From contig JBKBTZ010000002.1 of the NCBI GenBank assembly GCA_046290825.1, positions 2,426 through 66,425 of the forward strand: 64,000 nt of DNA, in the 5' to 3' direction. Position 1 is the stretch's first letter. Each line of letters opens with the position of its first letter. A program made the translations under genes and the position numbers. Positions 58,039 to 64,000 of the stretch are shown in pieces. Under the pieces are notes generated by a model. The model saw only the letters and a program-made list of their open reading frames with translations, was not told where the DNA came from and ran no database searches. The DNA is from Limisphaerales bacterium. GTDB taxonomy: Bacteria > Verrucomicrobiota > Verrucomicrobiia > Limisphaerales > DSYF01.

Positions 58039-60396
58039 ATGACTCGTTTTCTGTTTCTGTCGGGCAGCCGCCTGTGGCCCCTCTTGGGTGCCGCGCTGGG
58101 TGTGCTGGCCTCATCCAGTCCGGCCCAGGTGCCGCCGGCCCGCTCAGTGGAGGAGTTGCGTGACCAGTTGCAGCAGCACGTCACCGCACCCCGGTTTGCG
58201 GGCGCGCTGTGGGGCGTGAAGGTGGTTTCCGCTGAGTCGGGCACCGTGCTGTTCGAGCATCACGCGGACCGCTTGATGAGTCCGGCCTCCAACAGCAAGC
58301 TATTCGCTGGTGCGCTCGCGCTGGACGCCGTGGGCGGGGATTATCGCATCGTGACGCCGGTGTGCGCCACGGCTGCGCCGGACCGCACCGGCCGGCTGCG
58401 GGGCGACCTGATCATCCGCGGGCGCGGTGACCCCGGTTGGAAGCTGCCGCCCGGGGAAACGAATTTCTGGGCGCTATTTGATCCGATTGTTGCCATCGTC
58501 ACCAACGCAGGCATCCAGCGGATTTCGGGGCACGTCATCGCCGATGGCACCTGGCTCCAGACGCCGCCCAACGGGGCAAGCTGGACCGTAGATGACCTCG
58601 AAAACAGCGAGGGCGCGGAGGTGTCGGGCATCACGCTGCTGCAAAACATGGCCCAACTGGAGGTCGCGCCCGGGCCGCATCCCGGCGCGGCGGCGCGGCT
58701 CGCGCTTCGGCAACCGCACACCGGGCTGGCCCTCGACAACCGCGTGGTCACGGGGACCAATGGCAGCCCGACCTATGTGGACGCACGCCGGGTGTTCGGG
58801 GAAACGACGTTGCGGGTGTTCGGCACCATCGCGCCCGAAACCAACGTCACCATCCAGGTTCCCGTGCCCCGTCCGGCACAGTGGTTTGCCAGCGCGCTCC
58901 GGGAGGCGCTCACCCGGGCGGGTGTTCGCGTGGACGGCGTGGCGCTGGGGGTGCGTTGGCCGGACCGCGCGGGGCTGCCCGCCGAGCTGGTGACGCTCGG
59001 GGAGATTTCCTCGGCCCCGATGCGCGACCTCGTGCGCGACTTCATGAAACCGTCGCAAAACCTCGAGACGGACCTCGTGTTCGCGCATGTCGGTGAGCTG
59101 CGGCGCACGCCGGAGACGCCCGCGTGGCGCACCTCCGAGCAACTGGCAGTGGCGGCGCTGGAGGCTTTTTTGCGAACCAACGGCCTGCCCGCGGGCGACC
59201 TCAAGTTCGATGAAGGCTCCGGCCTCTCCCGCAACAATCTCGTCACCGCCCGCCTGACGCTGGGTCTGCTCGAGGTGATGAACCGCCATCGCGCGGCGGA
59301 CGATTTCCTCGCGTCGCTGCCGGTGGCGGGCGTGGACGGCACGTTGCGCCGCCGCATGAAGGGCACGCCCGCCGAAGGCAACGTCCGCGCCAAGACCGGC
59401 ACGCTGCGCTGGGTGAACGCGCTCTCCGGGCACGTCACCTCCGCTGCCGGGGAGCGCCTGCTGTTCAGCTTTTATCTCAATCGCAACGTGGCGACCGCCA
59501 CCCGCAGCGGACGCGACGAACTGGACGCGCTGGCCGTCCTGCTGGCGCAGTTCGCAGGCCGGTCCGACACGACCCTTGAAAAACTCTTCGCCAGCCAGGG
59601 TCGGCTCATCTTGACCCCGATGTTGAACGCGCCATTTCCCCACGCGGCCCGGCTGAACGGGCATACGTATCGCGGCGAGTTCTATCCCGGCACCCCGCAC
59701 TATTGCGACAGCACGGTGGCGATGTTCATCCCTCAATCGTTCCGCGCGGGTGAGCCGGCGGACCTCGTGGTGTATTTTCACGGCTGGCGCAACGCGGTTC
59801 CCGGCGTGCTCGGTCAATTCCGTCTGATCGAGCAACTGACCGCCAGCGGCCGCAACGCCATCCTCGTGGTGCCCCAAGGACCGCGCTTCGCGCCCGACTC
59901 GTTTGGCGGCAAGCTCGAAGACACCGGCGGCTTCAAACGGTTTCTCGCCGAGTTGCAGACCGTCCTTCGCAACGCGGGCGTGGCTGTCGAGACCGGCGCG
60001 GGCCGCGTCATCCTGGCCGGCCACAGCGGTGGGTATCGCACGATGGCTGCGATTCTCGAACAGGTGGACGTTTCCGCGCTGGTGCGCGAGGTCTGGGTCT
60101 TCGACGGCTGGTATGGCGGCACGGAGAAATTCCTCGGCTGGCAACAGGCCCAGGGTGGCCGGTTGGTGAACATTTACACGGACGACGGCGGCACCCGGGC
60201 GGAAACGGAGCGGGCGCTGGGGTTGTTGCGGCAGCGCAACACGCCGGTCTTCACCGCGGAACACGCCGCGCTCGACCCCGAAGCGCTGCGCACCCATCGC
60301 GTGATTTTCGTGCGGTCGGAACTCGGACACAGCGAGGTGGTTGCGGGCCGCGAAACCTTCCGCCGTCTGCTGGAAACTGCCGGCGGCGCGCCGTGA
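58039..60396 (+). CDS. dacB: D-Ala-D-Ala carboxypeptidase/endopeptidase PBP4 (peptidase S13) fused to a C-terminal alpha/beta-hydrolase domain
   Basis: PASNSK, SQN, DEGSGLSR, KTGTL; then VYFHG, VVPQGP, AGHSGGY, FDGWYG, GHSEV. Confidence 0.88.
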   Translation: MTRFLFLSGSRLWPLLGAALGVLASSSPAQVPPARSVEELRDQLQQHVTAPRFAGALWGVKVVSAESGTVLFEHHADRLMSPASNSKLFAGALALDAVGGDYRIVTPVCATAAPDRTGRLRGDLIIRGRGDPGWKLPPGETNFWALFDPIVAIVTNAGIQRISGHVIADGTWLQTPPNGASWTVDDLENSEGAEVSGITLLQNMAQLEVAPGPHPGAAARLALRQPHTGLALDNRVVTGTNGSPTYVDARRVFGETTLRVFGTIAPETNVTIQVPVPRPAQWFASALREALTRAGVRVDGVALGVRWPDRAGLPAELVTLGEISSAPMRDLVRDFMKPSQNLETDLVFAHVGELRRTPETPAWRTSEQLAVAALEAFLRTNGLPAGDLKFDEGSGLSRNNLVTARLTLGLLEVMNRHRAADDFLASLPVAGVDGTLRRRMKGTPAEGNVRAKTGTLRWVNALSGHVTSAAGERLLFSFYLNRNVATATRSGRDELDALAVLLAQFAGRSDTTLEKLFASQGRLILTPMLNAPFPHAARLNGHTYRGEFYPGTPHYCDSTVAMFIPQSFRAGEPADLVVYFHGWRNAVPGVLGQFRLIEQLTASGRNAILVVPQGPRFAPDSFGGKLEDTGGFKRFLAELQTVLRNAGVAVETGAGRVILAGHSGGYRTMAAILEQVDVSALVREVWVFDGWYGGTEKFLGWQQAQGGRLVNIYTDDGGTRAETERALGLLRQRNTPVFTAEHAALDPEALRTHRVIFVRSELGHSEVVAGRETFRRLLETAGGAP

Positions 60397-60628
60397 CCTT
60401 GCGCGCGGGAGGGTGGATGTCTCCATTCGCCGCGGTGCCCGGGGCACCCCTGCCCTGCGGCGTTTCTCCATCGGCTGTGAACTGAGTTTCGGGTGCCTTC
60501 GTCTCCGGGCGCGTGGCTGGGGACGAGGACGTCCGCGTTCCGTTTTGTCTGCCCCGACCTGTCCGTTTGGACGAGGCCGGATGCCAGATTTTCCGTGAAT
60601 CCGGCCCGGGTTGGGCTAGTCTGAAGCC

Positions 60629-61519
60629 ATGATGACAACACCCTCTTCGCTCGTCCTGGTTCTTCCGGTCTGTGGGTTTGCCCTGCTCGCGTGCGTGGCC
60701 GGTTGTGCCGCGCAACCGCCGGCGGCGGCGGTCAAGCCCAAGCATGTCCTCGTGGTCACCACCACCGTCGGTTTCCGCCACAGTTCCATCCCCACTGCCG
60801 AGGAAACCATCGCCGAACTGGCCCGCCAGAGCGGCGCCTTTACCGTCGAGTTCGCGCGCGTGGAGCCGGCGGACCCGCAGTTCCAAGGCCCCGACGGCAG
60901 GCCGGACAAGGCCAAGGTCAACGCGGCCATCAAGCAGGTGCTCGCCGACAAGATGAGCGCCGAGGCGCTGCGGCGTTATGACGGCGTCATCTTCGCCAAC
61001 ACCACCGGCGACCTGCCGTTGCCCGACCCGCAGGGCTTCCTCGATTGGATCAAGACCGGCAAGGCGTTCATCGGCATGCATTCGGCGACGGATACGTTTC
61101 CCGGCTTCCCCGCCTACACGGACATGATCGGCGGCCACTTCGCCTATCATCGGGAACAGGTGCTGGCCGAATTGCGCAACGAGGATCCGTCCTGCCCGTC
61201 GTGCCAGCATCTCGGCGCCACCTGGGGCGTGTTTGACGAGATTTACATCCTCAAGAATTTCGAGCGCGCCAAGGTTCACGGACTCCTGCGGCTGGATCAT
61301 CATCCCAACACCAAGGAGCCGGGCGACTACCCGGTGGCTTGGCGGCGCGATTATGGCCAGGGCCGCGTCTTCTACACCTCGCTCGGCCATCGCGAGGACG
61401 TGTGGAGCGCCGACTGGAAGGACAAAAACGGCACCCGCAAGAACTCTCCCGAGGTGGCCCGGCAGTATCAGCAGCACATTCTCGGCGGCATCCGCTGGGC
61501 GCTCCGGCTCGAACCTTGA
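60629..61519 (+). CDS. ThuA-like domain (lipo)protein
   Basis: LACVAGC; GFRHSSIP, FANTTGD, GMHSATDT, DEIY, YGQGRVFYTSLGH. Confidence 0.88.
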   Translation: MMTTPSSLVLVLPVCGFALLACVAGCAAQPPAAAVKPKHVLVVTTTVGFRHSSIPTAEETIAELARQSGAFTVEFARVEPADPQFQGPDGRPDKAKVNAAIKQVLADKMSAEALRRYDGVIFANTTGDLPLPDPQGFLDWIKTGKAFIGMHSATDTFPGFPAYTDMIGGHFAYHREQVLAELRNEDPSCPSCQHLGATWGVFDEIYILKNFERAKVHGLLRLDHHPNTKEPGDYPVAWRRDYGQGRVFYTSLGHREDVWSADWKDKNGTRKNSPEVARQYQQHILGGIRWALRLEP

Positions 61520-61534
61520 ACTTTTTTTCGCATC

Positions 61535-62899
61535 ATGAAGGACCTCCCCTCCTCCCCTGAACTCAACCGCCGCGCCTTCATCAAGGGCGGCTCGGTAGCC
61601 ACGTTGATGACGCTGATGGGCGGCATCGAATTGATCGCCCAACCCACGGAAGCCGAAACCGCCGCCCCGGGCAATAAGGTGCGGGTGGCTGTCATCGGCT
61701 GCGGCGCGTGGGGCCGTGAACTGGTCAAGATGTTGAGCCGCCTCGAGCAGGCGGAAATTGCCGCCCTGTGTGACACCTATCCCGCCGCCCTGCGTCGTTG
61801 CGCGGCGGACGCCCCGGGCGCGAAGCAGGTGGCCAAGGCCGAGGACATTCTCGCGGACAAGGACATCCATGCGGTGTTCATCGCGACACCCACCCACCAG
61901 CACCGCGAGCTGGTGGAGGCCGCGCTCAAGGCCGGCAAGGATGTCTATTGCGAGGCCCCGCTGGCTCACACGATCGAGGACGCGCGGGCCATCGCTCTCG
62001 CTGCGCAGGCCGCGCCCAAGCAGGTCTTTCAGGCCGGCCTGCAGATGCGCTCGGACAAGCAGCGCATCTGGCTGTTGCCGTTCATTCGCGCCGGCAACCT
62101 CGGCACCTTCGTCAAAGCCCGCGCCCAATGGCACCGCAAGACAAGCTGGCGCACCGCCGCGCCCAATCCCGACCGGGAAAAGGAATTGAACTGGCGGCTC
62201 GAACGCGCCCTCTCCCCCGGCCTGCTCGGGGAAATTGGCATCCATCAAATGGACCAGGTCGCCTGGTTCCTCAACGGCCGGCCCCGCGCGGTCACCGGGT
62301 TCAGTTCGCTGGTGCAGTGGCGCGACGACAACCGCGACGTGCCGGACACTGTGCAGGCCGTGCTCGAGTTCCCCAAAGGCGTGCATCTCACCTGTGACCT
62401 CACGCTGGGCAACTCCTTTGACGCCGAGTATGAGGTGCTCTACGGCGCCTATGCGGCGGTGATGATGCGCGAGAACCGCGCGTGGATGTTCAAGGAGGCC
62501 GACTCGCCACTCTTCGGCTGGGAAGTGTATGCCCAGAAGGAGACCTTCCACAATGAGACCGGCATCATTCTGATGGCCGGATCCTCAAAGCAGGAGACGT
62601 GGACCCAGAAACTCGACGCCGAGGCGAAAATCCGTGCCACGCCCCTCTATGCCGCCGTGGAGAACTTCATCTACAACGTCGGCGAGCAGCGCGCGGCGAT
62701 TCAGGACTTCACCGAGGCCTACGGCGAGGATGAGGCCGCACTGGCCGAGCACCTGAAGACCGAGGTGGAACCCAAGCGCAAGCCCGGCGCGACCGCGCTG
62801 GAGGGCTTCCAGGCCACCGTCACCGCACTTAAAGCCAACGAGGCGGCGCTCGCCAAGAAACGGATCGAGCTGGCTTCCGAGTGGTATCAACTCGCCTGA
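61535..62899 (+). CDS. Tat-exported Gfo/Idh/MocA oxidoreductase
   Basis: NRRAFIK; IGCGAWG, ATPTHQH, CEAPL, EIGIHQMD. Confidence 0.9.
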   Translation: MKDLPSSPELNRRAFIKGGSVATLMTLMGGIELIAQPTEAETAAPGNKVRVAVIGCGAWGRELVKMLSRLEQAEIAALCDTYPAALRRCAADAPGAKQVAKAEDILADKDIHAVFIATPTHQHRELVEAALKAGKDVYCEAPLAHTIEDARAIALAAQAAPKQVFQAGLQMRSDKQRIWLLPFIRAGNLGTFVKARAQWHRKTSWRTAAPNPDREKELNWRLERALSPGLLGEIGIHQMDQVAWFLNGRPRAVTGFSSLVQWRDDNRDVPDTVQAVLEFPKGVHLTCDLTLGNSFDAEYEVLYGAYAAVMMRENRAWMFKEADSPLFGWEVYAQKETFHNETGIILMAGSSKQETWTQKLDAEAKIRATPLYAAVENFIYNVGEQRAAIQDFTEAYGEDEAALAEHLKTEVEPKRKPGATALEGFQATVTALKANEAALAKKRIELASEWYQLA

Positions 62900-62994
62900 T
62901 CCGGTCGCTCAAAATCTGCAAAAAACTAATGAACATTTCCCGCGCCACCCACGTCCATCTGGGCGGCGCACAACGCTCCAAACTGATAAGAACC

Positions 62995-63666
62995 ATGAAA
63001 GTGAAAGTCCCGTTTCTCCTGTTCTCCCTGGCTCTCGCCGCCTTGCCGCTCGCGGCGGCGGAAATGGTCCGCCTCGACACTACCCCCACTGGCAACAAGA
63101 TCCGCATCGAGGGCACCTCGACCATTCACGACTGGCAGGTCGAGGGATCTGTTATTGGTGGCTTCATCGAGGTCGGCGAAGGGTTTCCCCTCAAGCCCGG
63201 CGCGGCCGTTCAGCCCGGCAAGGTGCCCGCCAACGTCAGCGTCTTCATCCCCGTCCGCAACCTCAAAAGTGTCGAAAAGGACGGCAAACCCTACAGCACC
63301 TCGATGGACAAGATCATGTATGAAAAGCTCCTCGAGCCCACGCACAAGCGGATCACCTATACCCTCAAGGAACTGGAGTTGAAGGAACTGCCCAAGGCCC
63401 CGGACGCGCCCTACATCTTCGAGTCCAAGGGCGAACTCTGCGTGGCGGGTGTCACCAACACCATCACCATGCCGGTCACCGTCACGGTGCTGGGTGAGAA
63501 CCGGGTCAAATTCGGCGGCTCGGTCACGGTAAAGATGACCGACTTCAAAATCACGCCGCCCGCGCCTTCGGTGGCGCTTGGCCTGATCAAAACCGGCGAC
63601 GAAGTGAGGCTGAGCTTCGAGTGGGTCGCCGCCAAACGCGCCACTCCCGCGGCCGCGCAGCCCTGA
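62995..63666 (+). CDS. YceI family protein
   Basis: Signal peptide; IEGTSTIHDW, GELCVAGVT, KMTDFKITPP, KTGDEV. Confidence 0.88.
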   Translation: MKVKVPFLLFSLALAALPLAAAEMVRLDTTPTGNKIRIEGTSTIHDWQVEGSVIGGFIEVGEGFPLKPGAAVQPGKVPANVSVFIPVRNLKSVEKDGKPYSTSMDKIMYEKLLEPTHKRITYTLKELELKELPKAPDAPYIFESKGELCVAGVTNTITMPVTVTVLGENRVKFGGSVTVKMTDFKITPPAPSVALGLIKTGDEVRLSFEWVAAKRATPAAAQP

Positions 63667-63696
63667 TTGTAACCGCGCGCGGCGCGCTGCTCCGGG

Positions 63697-63999
63697 TCAC
63701 CCTGCGGTCGCTGCCGCAAGGGGCAGGTTGATGGCCGGCTCCTCGGTCACCGGCCGCGGTGAAAGCTGCGCCTGCGCCCGCAACGCGGCGCCGCTGAGGC
63801 CGTCGCGGTAAAGGGTGATGGCGGTGTGTTCGTTGGCGCGGATGCACTGCTTGATGGCCTCGGGATCCTTCTCGCAGTTCACCAGCGTCTTCCACGAGTA
63901 GATGTGCTTGGGCTTGTGGAAGTCGCTGTTGGCGATGAACGCGAACCGCTTGAGGCCGATGGGCGTGAAGATGTTGTTCCGGTTGGCGATCTCCCAGGC
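63697..63999 (-). CDS. PHP-domain metallophosphoesterase-like protein, C-terminal part (runs off window end)
   Basis: AWEIANRNNIF..IANSDFHKPKHIYSWKT; SDFH motif. Confidence 0.7.
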   Translation of the reverse strand, partial: AWEIANRNNIFTPIGLKRFAFIANSDFHKPKHIYSWKTLVNCEKDPEAIKQCIRANEHTAITLYRDGLSGAALRAQAQLSPRPVTEEPAINLPLAAATAG

Positions 64000-64000
64000 G

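Noticed and set aside
60397..60610. Intergenic GC-rich hairpin fragments after dacB
   Set aside because: Only short, degenerate REP-like pieces; not enough support for a defined element.

Overview
High-GC chromosomal window that most likely comes from a Verrucomicrobiota (Pedosphaera/Limisphaera-like) genome. This is inferred from gene content: a PEP-CTERM protein, H-X9-DG prepilin-like proteins, RNase HIII and Tat-exported Gfo/Idh/MocA enzymes. Most of it is housekeeping: thrS (partial), clpC, 6S RNA-ygfA-rny, ridA, trpD, rplM-rpsI, argC, rpsA, rnhC, yhbY, clpS-DUF2017-aat, tRNA-Phe, a phosphomannomutase, xseB-dxs, rpsU and dacB. It also carries a hoxEFUYHW bidirectional NiFe-hydrogenase operon whose hoxF is frameshifted. 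I see no integrase, transposase or CRISPR array. The most interesting region is 11.7-32 kb. Two cassettes each place signal-peptide proteins with a shared ~70-aa C-terminal module ending in (F/V)(Y/F)R directly upstream of their own H-X9-DG prepilin-like gene. One cassette lies behind a CxxC, Pro-rich uORF-like gene and looks metal/copper-related. The other lies in an island with several Pho-box-like 11-bp repeats, together with a phytase-like protein, a CHAD protein, and a leaderless leader peptide followed by a small ORF and the ornithine-lipid genes olsB-olsA. Many genes appear to be transcribed leaderless. All family assignments are from motif recognition by eye; no searches were run.
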